Of a stretch of DNA of 64,000 nucleotides, positions 30,441 through 40,402 are shown one piece after another (within the stretch, counting starts at the first letter, position 1; each line of letters opens with the position of its first letter). Made by a program: the position numbers and the translations under genes. The DNA is taken from NCBI GenBank assembly GCA_022394775.1, contig JAGFCB010000014.1, positions 7,715 to 71,714 of the forward strand. Reading direction: 5' to 3'. The stretch comes from Candidatus Poribacteria bacterium. Its GTDB lineage: Bacteria; Poribacteria; WGA-4E; WGA-3G. The notes beneath the pieces are model-generated. The model saw only the letters and a list, made by a program, of their open reading frames with translations. It ran no database searches and was not told the DNA's origin.

Positions 30441-32336
30441 ATGAGCACATTTTACGTCACCACCCCTATCTACTACGTGAATGGCGAACCGCATGCAGGA
30501 CACGCCTATACCACTATCATCGCTGATGTTTTGGCGCGTTATCACCGTATCAAAGGCGATGAGGTGTTCTTCCTGACTGGCGTTGATGAACACGGGGCAA
30601 ACATACATAAAGCCGCTGAGAACGCAGGACTTGCTCCACAAGACTATTGCAATAAAATGGCACCTACGTTTACAAAACTTTGGGAACGGTTGAATATCTC
30701 GCACGACATCTTCATGCGGACAACAAGCGATATGCACAAAAGCGGCGCGGAGAAATTCCTCACCGCCCTCTATGATAGTGGCGATGTCTATAAAGGTTCT
30801 TATGAGGGGCATTATTGCCGACCGTGCGAGCGGTTTGTCCCTGAAAAAGAGTTGACGGACGAAAAGATCTGCCCGATTCATAAATTGCCTTTGGAATGGC
30901 TCGAAGAGGAAAACTACTTCTTTAGACTTTCTAAGTATCAAGATCGCTTACTCACACATTTTCACGAGAATCCCGACTTTGTCTACCCCGCAGCTCGACG
31001 CAATGAACTTTTGAGCGTACTTGATTCCGGATTGGAAGACATAAGCATATCTCGCTCCTCTGTTTCATGGGGAATTTCCTTACCCTTTGATCGCGAGCAT
31101 ATCGTCTATGTCTGGATTGAAGCGTTAATGAACTATATGACAGCACTCGGTTATGAAACCGATGATAAGCAGTACCGTACTTTTTGGCCCGCTGATGTCC
31201 ACATGATGGCAAAGGATATCTCCCGTTTTCACGCGCTGATCTGGCCCGCAATGCTAATGGCTGTTAACTTGCCACTTCCAAAACAGGTTGTTGCGCACGG
31301 TTGGCTGACGAAGGACGGCGAAGCATTGAGCAAAACGCGAGGCATTGCCATTGATATGGACACGGACATTGATACCTACGGATTGGATACATTCCGTTAT
31401 TATCTTCTGCGCGAATTTAGTTTCGGAAACGATGGTGATTATCGTCCTACCCGTTTGCATGCACGCTACAACGCTGATCTCGCGAACGACCTCGGCAATC
31501 TGCTCAATCGCGTCCTCGGTTTACTCAACAAGAACTTTGAGGCAATTCCTCCACCGACAACGCCCGGGGAATTCGACGACGAAATCAAGGAAATGGCACA
31601 GACGACGGTAGATAAATTAGATGCGCATATAAACGCATTCGCGTTTGATGCTGCATTGGAGACTATCTGGGAATTTGTGCGACGCATCAATCGGTATATC
31701 CAACAGACCCAAGTCTGGACGCTCGCGAAGCCAGAGACGAAGCCGAGAATGGGAACGATCCTGTACAATAGTTTAGAAGCACTCCGCGTCATCTCTGTGT
31801 TGATTGCCCCCTTTATTCCGGAAACTGCTCAGAAAATTCAGAAACAGATCGGTTTATCCGAATTTGATACCGCCGCAGAGTGGGGACGCTTACCTGTAGA
31901 TATTGCCGTTAGCAGAGGTGAACCCATCTTCCCGCGGGTTGATACAAAAGATCAGAAACAGGCACGACCTGAAAAAGCAGCGAAGCCGAAGCCGAAGACG
32001 GCAAAGCAAACAACCGACTTAGTCTCCTTCGCGGATTTCCAAAAGTTGGATCTTCGGGTCGCGCGTATTCTCACTGCTGAACCCATTGAAGGTGCGGACC
32101 GACTCCTCAAGTTGCAAGTAGACCTCGGTACTGAGAAACGGCAAGTCGTCGCAGGGATTGCCGAACACTATACCTCTGAAACCCTCGTAGGCAAACAGAT
32201 AATCATCGTCGCGAATCTTGAACCCGCAACTATCCGTGGTGTCGAATCACACGGTATGATTCTCGCAGGCAGCGCGGACGCTGTAGTTTTAGCGACCCTT
32301 GAAACCGAAATGCCCCTCGGCACACAGGTAAGGTAG
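30441..32336 (+). CDS. metG: Methionine--tRNA ligase with C-terminal EMAP/Trbp111-type tRNA-binding domain
   Basis: HIGH region PIYYVNGEPHAGHAY; KMSKS-type ALSKTRG; C-terminal LDLRVARIL...GADRLLKLQVDLG. Confidence 0.95.
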   Translation: MSTFYVTTPIYYVNGEPHAGHAYTTIIADVLARYHRIKGDEVFFLTGVDEHGANIHKAAENAGLAPQDYCNKMAPTFTKLWERLNISHDIFMRTTSDMHKSGAEKFLTALYDSGDVYKGSYEGHYCRPCERFVPEKELTDEKICPIHKLPLEWLEEENYFFRLSKYQDRLLTHFHENPDFVYPAARRNELLSVLDSGLEDISISRSSVSWGISLPFDREHIVYVWIEALMNYMTALGYETDDKQYRTFWPADVHMMAKDISRFHALIWPAMLMAVNLPLPKQVVAHGWLTKDGEALSKTRGIAIDMDTDIDTYGLDTFRYYLLREFSFGNDGDYRPTRLHARYNADLANDLGNLLNRVLGLLNKNFEAIPPPTTPGEFDDEIKEMAQTTVDKLDAHINAFAFDAALETIWEFVRRINRYIQQTQVWTLAKPETKPRMGTILYNSLEALRVISVLIAPFIPETAQKIQKQIGLSEFDTAAEWGRLPVDIAVSRGEPIFPRVDTKDQKQARPEKAAKPKPKTAKQTTDLVSFADFQKLDLRVARILTAEPIEGADRLLKLQVDLGTEKRQVVAGIAEHYTSETLVGKQIIIVANLEPATIRGVESHGMILAGSADAVVLATLETEMPLGTQVR

Positions 32337-32360
32337 TAGGCACACTCCGCGTGCCGTAAC
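32334..32360 (+). repeat. Stop-codon-associated palindromic element TAGTAG-GCACACTCCGCGTGCC-GTAAC
   Basis: Paralogous copies lie at 40945-40974 and 61716-61746, both directly after stop codons. Confidence 0.6.
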
Positions 32361-32362
32361 AA

Positions 32363-35300
32363 ATGCAAGATATAGAAAACACCCTTAAAACCCGCATCCT
32401 GAACGATCAAGCGGACACCTTCATCGTCATTGTGCCGACCGATGCCGCACGTTTACATCGCCAACGCGAATTGGTCGGTTATCATCCTAACGGCGCAGTT
32501 GTCAATTTAGGCGTGTATACCAGTGTGGAGTTCATTCAAAAGCTATACCGTCAAACTCGATCACCAAGGCAACATATTTTATCAGGAATCCAACACCTTT
32601 GGCTTCACGAAATAGCAGATCCTGAGGCTGACAATACCGACCTATATAACACATTTCGTCCAATCCAAAATACCGCCATCCCCGACAGTACACTCTCCCT
32701 CATCTTGGACACGATAAATCACCTTAGAGACCAAGGAGAGACTGAACCTAACTTTGTAGAAGATAATCTAATCCAAGTAGATCTGGCTCACCTTTACAGC
32801 GAATATGAGGCGAAACTTGGGAACCAATGGATAGATGAGAAGGGCAGACACCATTATCTTGCAAACAATTTCAAAAAAGAGTTCATCAAGAACGCATTTT
32901 TTGGTGTTGATCTTGTTGTTTTTGAAGGTTTTACTTTGATTTCAAAAGCCGATATTAAACTCTTGAAACACATTGCGGAGATACCTAACATAGAGATGTG
33001 GTTTCGCACCGATTGTGTTGAAGACAATAAAGCCCTTTATAAAAATATTATTGACCTCGTCTCACAATTTAAAGACACAAATGCTCACATTGATACCAAC
33101 TATGAACAGGATCCTAATCAACATAAACATTTCGCTGAGAACCTGTTCAAAACGAATGTTACCTTGGAGACCCCCAAAACTGATCTAACAGAGAAAATTA
33201 AGGTTTTAAAGCCATCTGATCGATCCGAAGAGGTGGAGCAGATCGCTCATCTAATTCAGCAACGGGTCTTAAGTACCGACTGTAAAATGGGTGAAATTTG
33301 TGTTGTATTCTACAATATAGGTAATTACCAACAGCGAATTGCAGAAGTTTTTCCGACGTATGGCCTCCCATATTCACTCGTTGAAAATGTGTCATTAATG
33401 AAATCAGAGGTTGTTAAAGAAATCTTTTCTCACCTTTCACCGCGGCAAACTCCCATCGGTAACACCTATTTTCCTAACGTTAAGTCTAAATCACGTCCAG
33501 ACGATTTGTCTCCCGACGAATTTAAGAATTACATCAATAACTTTCTCGAATCCGAGGAAGTCATTCTCACTATTTTAAACCCGATGCTATTGAAAAATAG
33601 AAAAATTGTTGAAGGCGAGGTAAACGCATTCCAGCAGTTTCAAAAAATAGTTAAAGGGTTTTGTGACATGCTAAAATCTGAAGAAGATGGGTCATATAAA
33701 TATGAAAATTATATTAATAAACTCAGATATATTGCGAAGCATACCCGCTATCAAAATAGAGCATCGGTAAATGCGGAAACTGTTAAGATCTTTTCACTGA
33801 GTGAACTCACAAGTTTAGCATATACTAATGAACTCAGAAGTTTAGAGTTTGACACCGTCTTTTTAGGCGATTTTGTAGAGGGTAGGTTTCCAGAAAATTA
33901 TCGTCCAGATCCGTTATTACCAGAAAACCCTTATCGCAATGAAGAAGAGCAATTACACGATAACCGATTCATATTCTATCGGGTTCTCAAGTCTTTTCGC
34001 GAACGACTCTACCTCCTTGTACCACAACGCGAGCGCGAAGCAGAACAGATCCCTTCTCCTTTTCTTGGAGAATTAAAAGCAATCGCTGACATTGACGAAA
34101 CCCAGGATATTCCAAATCCTTCACAAGGTAGTGTAACCGGTTTCCTCAGTGCGTACGGAGATCATGTTTGGATGGCACCGACCGCTGCCGATGGAGAATT
34201 CCCTCCTGAAATTGCGAATATGCGTCCGCTGATAGACCACGTCGTTAAAATTGAGAAGAGCCGCGAGACGACACATAAATATTTGGATTATGAAGGCGTG
34301 TTAACGGCAGAAATGCTTTCTCCCGAAAGCCGAAATCAGTTGCAAAGCCTTCACGATGAACTATATTCTGTCACAGCATTGGAAACTTACGCCAAGTGTC
34401 CTTTTCAGTACTTTGTGGGTAACGTTTTGAAACTCGGTGTTAAAGATGAAGAGGAGGAAGATGAATTATCAAGCTTGGAGAGAGGAAAACTCCTTCACAA
34501 AGTTCTCTTCACATTCTTCTATAATCGCCGAGACCGAAGGGATCCACCTATCCCGCAATGTGTTGACAATGACTTTGAAAAAGCGAAACGCCAATTGAAT
34601 GAAATTTTACAAGATGCCGCTGAGGAACGCCGCGGAGAGCGAAACGAGCCACCCATCGGAGCGAACAATCTCTTTTGGGAAACTGATATAGCGAAACTGC
34701 GTGTTGCCCTGCACAAATGGCTCGAAGCAGAGCGCAGTTCCGATTTACCGCTCATACCAAGTTACTTTGAAGTCAACTTCGGGCAGGCGGGCGAACCGGC
34801 AGATTCCGAACTCAGTTGTACGAAGCCAATCCGTATCGGTGATGTGCGTATGAAGGGTAAAATAGATCGCCTTGATCTCGGCAATGGTGCCTTTAATATT
34901 ATTGACTATAAGACCGGCAGTTCCACGATTAGAATGCCGGAGATCCGTAGCGGACGGAGTCTCCAACTCCCCATCTATCTACGCATTGCACAGGAATTGC
35001 TAAACGACGGGTTAGAGCCAGCAGCAGGACTCTATTATAAAATCAGACTGGACCAATTCACAGCAGAACTGGGCATCGGAACGGAATCCCAAAACGGAGC
35101 CACTTACAACAGTTACAACGGTACAGGCTGGAAATCGGTGCATTCAAGAAGTGGGCAGTTATTAGCGGATGAAATTTTCGATGACCGACTTATGTGCGTC
35201 AGTGGCTATGTTCAGCAATACGTTGAGAGTATATCTAATGGTACATTTCCACTCATTACACGCGTCGAGACATTTGTGGATTCAGAGGAAGAAGGCGACG

Positions 35301-35404
35301 CACCCATCACACCTAAAAACAAAACGGAACCTTGCAGCTATTGCGATTATAAACGAGTCTGCCGCGTCGGGGCGTTCGTTGAAGCAAGTGAATCAGACGA
35401 ATAG
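32363..35404 (+). CDS. AddB-like PD-(D/E)XK nuclease family protein
   Basis: RecB-type nuclease motif GKIDRLDLGNGAFNIIDYKTGSS; C-terminal Cys cluster CSYCDYKRVC. No N-terminal Walker A was seen. The middle of the gene is AT-rich. Confidence 0.6.
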   Translation: MQDIENTLKTRILNDQADTFIVIVPTDAARLHRQRELVGYHPNGAVVNLGVYTSVEFIQKLYRQTRSPRQHILSGIQHLWLHEIADPEADNTDLYNTFRPIQNTAIPDSTLSLILDTINHLRDQGETEPNFVEDNLIQVDLAHLYSEYEAKLGNQWIDEKGRHHYLANNFKKEFIKNAFFGVDLVVFEGFTLISKADIKLLKHIAEIPNIEMWFRTDCVEDNKALYKNIIDLVSQFKDTNAHIDTNYEQDPNQHKHFAENLFKTNVTLETPKTDLTEKIKVLKPSDRSEEVEQIAHLIQQRVLSTDCKMGEICVVFYNIGNYQQRIAEVFPTYGLPYSLVENVSLMKSEVVKEIFSHLSPRQTPIGNTYFPNVKSKSRPDDLSPDEFKNYINNFLESEEVILTILNPMLLKNRKIVEGEVNAFQQFQKIVKGFCDMLKSEEDGSYKYENYINKLRYIAKHTRYQNRASVNAETVKIFSLSELTSLAYTNELRSLEFDTVFLGDFVEGRFPENYRPDPLLPENPYRNEEEQLHDNRFIFYRVLKSFRERLYLLVPQREREAEQIPSPFLGELKAIADIDETQDIPNPSQGSVTGFLSAYGDHVWMAPTAADGEFPPEIANMRPLIDHVVKIEKSRETTHKYLDYEGVLTAEMLSPESRNQLQSLHDELYSVTALETYAKCPFQYFVGNVLKLGVKDEEEEDELSSLERGKLLHKVLFTFFYNRRDRRDPPIPQCVDNDFEKAKRQLNEILQDAAEERRGERNEPPIGANNLFWETDIAKLRVALHKWLEAERSSDLPLIPSYFEVNFGQAGEPADSELSCTKPIRIGDVRMKGKIDRLDLGNGAFNIIDYKTGSSTIRMPEIRSGRSLQLPIYLRIAQELLNDGLEPAAGLYYKIRLDQFTAELGIGTESQNGATYNSYNGTGWKSVHSRSGQLLADEIFDDRLMCVSGYVQQYVESISNGTFPLITRVETFVDSEEEGDAPITPKNKTEPCSYCDYKRVCRVGAFVEASESDE

Positions 35405-35434
35405 CCTGCCTTCCACTATTTCCTGAGAAAAAAC

Positions 35435-35463
35435 TTGCACACTTCTGCTAAATCTGCTATACT
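35435..35463 (+). promoter_or_regulatory. Sigma70-like promoter TTGCAC, 17 nt spacer, TATACT upstream of sodA
   Basis: An operator-like repeat TTTGCAACC..GGTTTGCAA follows at 35487-35515. Confidence 0.45.
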
Positions 35464-35552
35464 CTTGTAGATTTTTTAAGGACATTGTTTGCAACCCTAT
35501 AGCACGCGGTTTGCAAGCGTATGAAAAAAATAAAATAGGAGGCTATTTTTAA

Positions 35553-36158
35553 ATGGCACACACATTACCAGCGCTCCCTTACGCGCACGATGCTTTGGCA
35601 CCTCACATCGGTGCTGATACGATGGAAATTCATCACGGCAAACACCATCAAGGCTACGTCAATAATCTTAACGCTGCTTTAGAAGGACTCGGTGCCCTCG
35701 CCGATATGGATGTTCACGAACTCCTCCAGAATCTTGACCAGGTTCCAGAAGACAAGCGTCAAGCCGTCATTAACAACGGTGGCGGACACGCCAATCATTC
35801 ACTCTTTTGGTCCATTATGAGCCCTAACGGTGGCGAGCCCGGCGGTGAAATCGCAGCAGCGATAACCTCCACCTTTGGGTCACTTGAGGCTGCAAATGAA
35901 GCGTTCACGACTGCAGCCGCCACACGTTTCGGATCCGGTTGGGCATGGCTCGTCCTCGGCGACAACGGCTTGGAAATCTACTCCACCGCAAATCAGGACA
36001 GCCCGATTATGCAGGGGCATACCCCACTTCTCGGAATTGATGTCTGGGAACACGCATACTATCTCAACTACCAGAATCGCCGTCCAGATTACATTGAAGC
36101 TTGGAAGAATGTCATCAACTGGTCACGGGTTAACGAGCTCTACGTAGCGAACGCTTAA
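35553..36158 (+). CDS. sodA: Superoxide dismutase [Fe/Mn]
   Basis: [14 protein letters not shown]; DVWEHAYY. Confidence 0.95.
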   Translation: MAHTLPALPYAHDALAPHIGADTMEIHHGKHHQGYVNNLNAALEGLGALADMDVHELLQNLDQVPEDKRQAVINNGGGHANHSLFWSIMSPNGGEPGGEIAAAITSTFGSLEAANEAFTTAAATRFGSGWAWLVLGDNGLEIYSTANQDSPIMQGHTPLLGIDVWEHAYYLNYQNRRPDYIEAWKNVINWSRVNELYVANA

Positions 36159-36272
36159 CGTCCATATAACTTTTGGGTGTCGTAGGGGTAGGTCTGAGCA
36201 GCATTTCAAACCTACCCTCTACTTCCCAAAACAGCATTTGTCCGCTCAAATTACCTACCGGATTAAAATTTC

Positions 36273-36301
36273 TTGACATCTCTCTTTAAATGTGTTATAC
36301 T
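36273..36301 (+). promoter_or_regulatory. Sigma70-like promoter TTGACA, 17 nt spacer, TATACT driving the T-box leader and ilvBNC
   Basis: -35 at 36273-36278 and -10 at 36296-36301. Confidence 0.5.
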
Positions 36302-36399
36302 TAAAATGTAAATATAATTTAGCACGCCCTGAAACTTCATAAAACGGGGTGCGTAATTAACATTTAAATAGATTACCAAAAAAGCGTTGAAAGGGAGGA

Positions 36400-36706
36400 G
36401 TAAGTCGTCCGGGCTTGCGAGAGATGGAAACTCACCGGCTGAAAGGTTTCCTCAAGTTCCCTCGACTGAAGGTCGCCCTGGAGCTGCTAATCTGAACAAT
36501 TGTAGGTGCGAGTTTCGCTCGCGACAGGTAGGATTGGTCGGTGTGATGCCCGTTATCGCATCCCAAAGAGTGCTCTTTCTCATTGTAGGCGGGCTTTGTA
36601 AGCCCGATACCTCCAATAAAAATGGGAAGAGAATTGGAGTGGTACCACGGTAAGGCAAGTGTAATGCCCTTCTCGTCTCCATGTTTGGAACGAGAAGGTT
36701 TTTTTA
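36400..36706 (+). ncRNA. T-box riboswitch leader with intrinsic terminator, upstream of ilvB
   Basis: T-box sequence AATTGGAGTGGTACCACGG at 36632-36650 (consensus AAUUAGGGUGGUACCGCG). F-box CCGTTA at 36549-36554. GA-rich GCGAGAGATGG near the 5' end. Terminator CCTTCTCGT..ACGAGAAGG plus T7 at 36668-36705. Confidence 0.75.
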
Positions 36707-36890
36707 ATTTCACTCCTTTGACCTGCGTACCTGTTGTTCATTTTCTCCGTTGTCGAAAAATCGGGCTTGTTTCAGTTTATATGAGTGTTTGCTCAGCACG
36801 CCTTAGAAGGGTATTGAACTGAACCTAAACCCGTTTTGAACAACGAACAAAACGGTCAAAAACTGAATCTTTAAAAAAAGGAAAATTGGC

Positions 36891-38567
36891 ATGGAACTTT
36901 CAGGAGCACAAATCCTGGTTGATGGTCTCAAGCGGGAAGGTGTCGAATATATCTTCGGTGTCAACGGTGGCGCAGCGATGCCGATTTTCGATGCTCTGTA
37001 CGGCGAGACCGAAGTTAAATTAATTCCGATGCGGCATGAACAAGGGGCTTCCCACGCCGCTGATGGCTACGCGCGCGCCACAGGGAAAGTCGGCGTTGCA
37101 CTCGCAACCTCCGGTCCCGGCGCGACCAACCTCGTCACTGGTATCGCTACTGCCTATATGGATTCTATTCCGATGGTCGCGATTACTGGACAGGTTTTTA
37201 CTCACTATATTGGCAGTGATGCATTCCAAGAATGTGATGTTATTGGCGTAACGCGTCCGATTTGTAAGCACAGTTACCTCATTAAAAGCAGTGACGAAAT
37301 CGCGGATGTTGTCGCTGAAGCGTTTCACATCGCAAAAACTGGGAAACCGGGACCTGTTATCATTGATATCGCCAAAGATGCCCAGAACAATGAAGCACTG
37401 TTTCAGTATCCAGAAACGGTTGACATCCGCAGCTACAAACCCCAAGTTCATGGCGACCCAGGACAAATTGCAAAGGCAGCGGCACTAATTAAAGAAGCCA
37501 AACGTCCCATGCTTTATGCCGGTGGCGGTGTTGTCCTTGCGAATGCCAGCGAAGAACTACGGCAGCTGACTTTGAATACACAAATCCCGATTACTGTCAC
37601 TCTGATGGGGCTTGGTGCGTTCCCTGAGACGCATCCGTTGGCGATGGAGATGCCCGGTATGCACGGCTCTTGTTGCGCAAATTACGCCTTCACCGATTCA
37701 GACCTTGTTATCGCTGTGGGTTCGAGATTCGACGACCGCGTTACAGGTGATCTCAGTAAATTCGCACCTAACGCCAAAAAGATCCACATTGATATTGATG
37801 CGTCTTGTATCGGGAAAAATGTCCCTGTAGATGTCCCCATCGTCGGCGATGCGAAAAGCGTCCTAACGGAGCTCAACAAACAGGTGAGCACTGCGGATAT
37901 CGACCCATGGCGCGCTCAAATTCAGGAGTGGAAACAGAAATATCCGTTTGAATACGAGCAAAAATCGGATGTTGTTATGCCGCAATACGTTATTGAGAAA
38001 ATATATGAGCATTACAGTGATGCCATTGTTGTTGCGGATGTCGGGCAGCACCAGATGTGGGCGGCGCAATACTTCAAATTTACTGAACCTCGACAGTGGC
38101 TCAATTCTGGCGGTCTCGGCACGATGGGCTTTAGCCTCCCTGCCGCAATTGGTGCACAACTCGGATGCCCGGACAAAACCGTCGTCAACATCAACGGGGA
38201 CGGCTCCTATATCATGACGATCCAAGAACTGGTGCCAGCAGTTACGATGAAGCTGCCACTTAAGGTCTTTATCATCAACAATATGTACTTAGGGATGGTG
38301 CGTCAATGGCAGGAACTGTTCCACGGCAAACGCTACTCCGCTGTTGATTATCACGACAACCCTGATTTCGCCTTGCTCGCGCAAGCATTCGGTGCCACAG
38401 GTTTGCGGGTCGAACACCCCGACGACGTTGAACCGGCATTGCAGAAGGCAAAAGGGATTACCGACGGTCCTGTCGTCATTGACTTCATTGTTGATGAAGA
38501 GGAGAACGTGTTCCCAATGGTACCAGCAGGTGCCGGACTTGGAGATGTTATCCGCGGGTTATCTTAA
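36891..38567 (+). CDS. ilvB: Acetolactate synthase large subunit (biosynthetic)
   Basis: TPP-binding GDGSYIM...NN motif; FAD-binding core. Confidence 0.95.
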   Translation: MELSGAQILVDGLKREGVEYIFGVNGGAAMPIFDALYGETEVKLIPMRHEQGASHAADGYARATGKVGVALATSGPGATNLVTGIATAYMDSIPMVAITGQVFTHYIGSDAFQECDVIGVTRPICKHSYLIKSSDEIADVVAEAFHIAKTGKPGPVIIDIAKDAQNNEALFQYPETVDIRSYKPQVHGDPGQIAKAAALIKEAKRPMLYAGGGVVLANASEELRQLTLNTQIPITVTLMGLGAFPETHPLAMEMPGMHGSCCANYAFTDSDLVIAVGSRFDDRVTGDLSKFAPNAKKIHIDIDASCIGKNVPVDVPIVGDAKSVLTELNKQVSTADIDPWRAQIQEWKQKYPFEYEQKSDVVMPQYVIEKIYEHYSDAIVVADVGQHQMWAAQYFKFTEPRQWLNSGGLGTMGFSLPAAIGAQLGCPDKTVVNINGDGSYIMTIQELVPAVTMKLPLKVFIINNMYLGMVRQWQELFHGKRYSAVDYHDNPDFALLAQAFGATGLRVEHPDDVEPALQKAKGITDGPVVIDFIVDEEENVFPMVPAGAGLGDVIRGLS

Positions 38568-38674
38568 GATTTTCATCATTAACTGCTTTGGGCACTGCCT
38601 CATTACATTACGCAATCGTTTCTGGTGAAGAATAAACCCTTAACTCAAAAACACAGTCCGTAATGGAATGGAGG

Positions 38675-38742
38675 ACGGATATACGGAAAGGCACGGTGAG
38701 TGCCCAACCCCCCCTGACTTAACCGCAAGGTAAAATTAAAAA
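38675..38742 (+). promoter_or_regulatory. Conserved leader module (ATACGGAAAGG ... AACCGCAAGGTAAAATTAAAAA) abutting the ilvN ATG
   Basis: Same module as at 19650 and 39288. Confidence 0.6.
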
Positions 38743-39243
38743 ATGAATCCAGAAGAACGACATATCTTTTCCGTTTTAGTCGAAAACCGATTCGGAGTCC
38801 TCGCCCGTGTTGCAGGACTTTTCAGCGGGCGCGGCTTTAATATCGACAGTCTTAACGTCGCCGAGACGCATGACAAAAGCATTTCCCAGATAACCCTTGT
38901 CACGCACGGGGACGCACAGATCATTGAACAGATCTATCACCATTTAAACAGACTCATTGACGTTATTGAGGTGACCGACCTCTCCACCGCTGGAACGCAT
39001 GTTGAGCGAGAACTTGTCCTTATCAAGATCGCTACCGATGATCCTCAAAAACGTACCGAGGTTCTACAAGTCGCGGAAGTCTTCCGAGGGCGGGTTATAG
39101 ATATGAAGCCTGCCTCACTTGTCCTTGAAGTTACAGGGGATGAAGGGAAATTGAAAGCGGCGATTGATGTTTTCAATACGTACGGTATCCTTGAGTTAGC
39201 ACGCACCGGCAAAATAGCGATGCTGCGTGGATCTGAAAAATAA
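38743..39243 (+). CDS. ilvN: Acetolactate synthase small (regulatory) subunit
   Basis: ACT domain RHIFSVLVENRFGVLARVAGLFSGRGFNIDSL. Confidence 0.95.
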   Translation: MNPEERHIFSVLVENRFGVLARVAGLFSGRGFNIDSLNVAETHDKSISQITLVTHGDAQIIEQIYHHLNRLIDVIEVTDLSTAGTHVERELVLIKIATDDPQKRTEVLQVAEVFRGRVIDMKPASLVLEVTGDEGKLKAAIDVFNTYGILELARTGKIAMLRGSEK

Positions 39244-39287
39244 TCTTTTAACGATCCGCAAAGTAAGTCCAAGCATCGCGCCGGGCT

Positions 39288-39378
39288 GGATATACGGAGA
39301 GAACTGTTTTTCCATACAAGGCTCCTGAACGAACCGCAAGGAAATACAAAAAGACGAACCGCAAGGAAATATAAAAAT
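39288..39378 (+). promoter_or_regulatory. Conserved leader module (TATACGGAGAG ... 2x GAACCGCAAGGAAATA(C/T)AAAAA) abutting the ilvC ATG
   Basis: Tandem duplication of the 22-nt unit, as seen upstream of hppA. Confidence 0.6.
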
Positions 39379-40371
39379 ATGGCAACGATTTATTACGAGA
39401 GTGATGCTAATTTTGATTTACTGAAAGAACGCACCGTCGCTGTTGTTGGCTACGGAGCACAAGGACGCGCACAGTCGCTAAACCTCAAAGACAGCGGGGC
39501 AAACGTGATTGTCGCATTATACGAAGGCAGCCCTTCAAAAGCCCGCGCAGAGGCAGAAGGCTTGAGCGTCAAGAACGTTGAAGAAGCCGCAGCAATGGCC
39601 GATATTGTTCAGGTACTCATACCTGATGAACGCCATGCAGCCGTCTATCGTGACCAGATCGCCCCGAATATGGAAGCAGGCAATATGCTGCTTGTCTCAC
39701 ACGGGTTTAGTGTCCATTTTGGGCAGATTGTACCCGCCAGCGATATTGATGTCGCAATGATTGCACCGAAAGGCCCCGGATCCCTCGTTCGTGAAGTGTT
39801 TGAAGGCGGTGGCGGCGTGCCGTGTCTTATCGCTATCCATCAAGATACGACGGGTCTCGCACGCGATGTCGCACTCGCTTATGCGAAAGGCATCGGCGGC
39901 ACGCGCTCAGGGGTCATCGAAACCACGTTCCGTGAGGAAACCGAAACAGATCTCTTCGGTGAACAAGCTGTCCTGTGCGGTGGAACCGCTGCACTCATCA
40001 AAGCCGCCTTCGATACACTTGTTGAAGCCGGTTACCAACCAGAGATGGCTTACTTTGAGTGTCTCCATGAGCTCAAGTTGATTGTTGATCTAATTTACGC
40101 CGGCGGGTTAAGCAAAATGCGGAATGATATTAGCAATACTGCCGAATTCGGGGATCTCACACGTGGTCCGCAGATTATTGACGACGGTATCCGAGATAAA
40201 ATGCGCCAAATCTTGAAGGATGTGCAGGAAGGTGTTTTTGCACGGGAGTGGGTCTTGGAAAACGAGGCGAATCAACCCGTACTCAGCGCACTCCGCCGAC
40301 AGGAAGCAGAACTCCAGATTGAAGAGGTTGGCAAAAATCTGCGTAGCATGATGAGTTGGCTTGACGAATAA
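39379..40371 (+). CDS. ilvC: Ketol-acid reductoisomerase
   Basis: [23 protein letters not shown] motif; class I KARI length. Confidence 0.95.
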   Translation: MATIYYESDANFDLLKERTVAVVGYGAQGRAQSLNLKDSGANVIVALYEGSPSKARAEAEGLSVKNVEEAAAMADIVQVLIPDERHAAVYRDQIAPNMEAGNMLLVSHGFSVHFGQIVPASDIDVAMIAPKGPGSLVREVFEGGGGVPCLIAIHQDTTGLARDVALAYAKGIGGTRSGVIETTFREETETDLFGEQAVLCGGTAALIKAAFDTLVEAGYQPEMAYFECLHELKLIVDLIYAGGLSKMRNDISNTAEFGDLTRGPQIIDDGIRDKMRQILKDVQEGVFAREWVLENEANQPVLSALRRQEAELQIEEVGKNLRSMMSWLDE

Positions 40372-40402
40372 CCGCTCCTTTTTCTAATTGGTAGGTGCGG
40401 TT

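Noticed and set aside
36387-36653. 88-aa ORF in the sodA-ilvB spacer
   Set aside because: It exactly overlies the T-box leader and terminator. The RNA explanation is much stronger.
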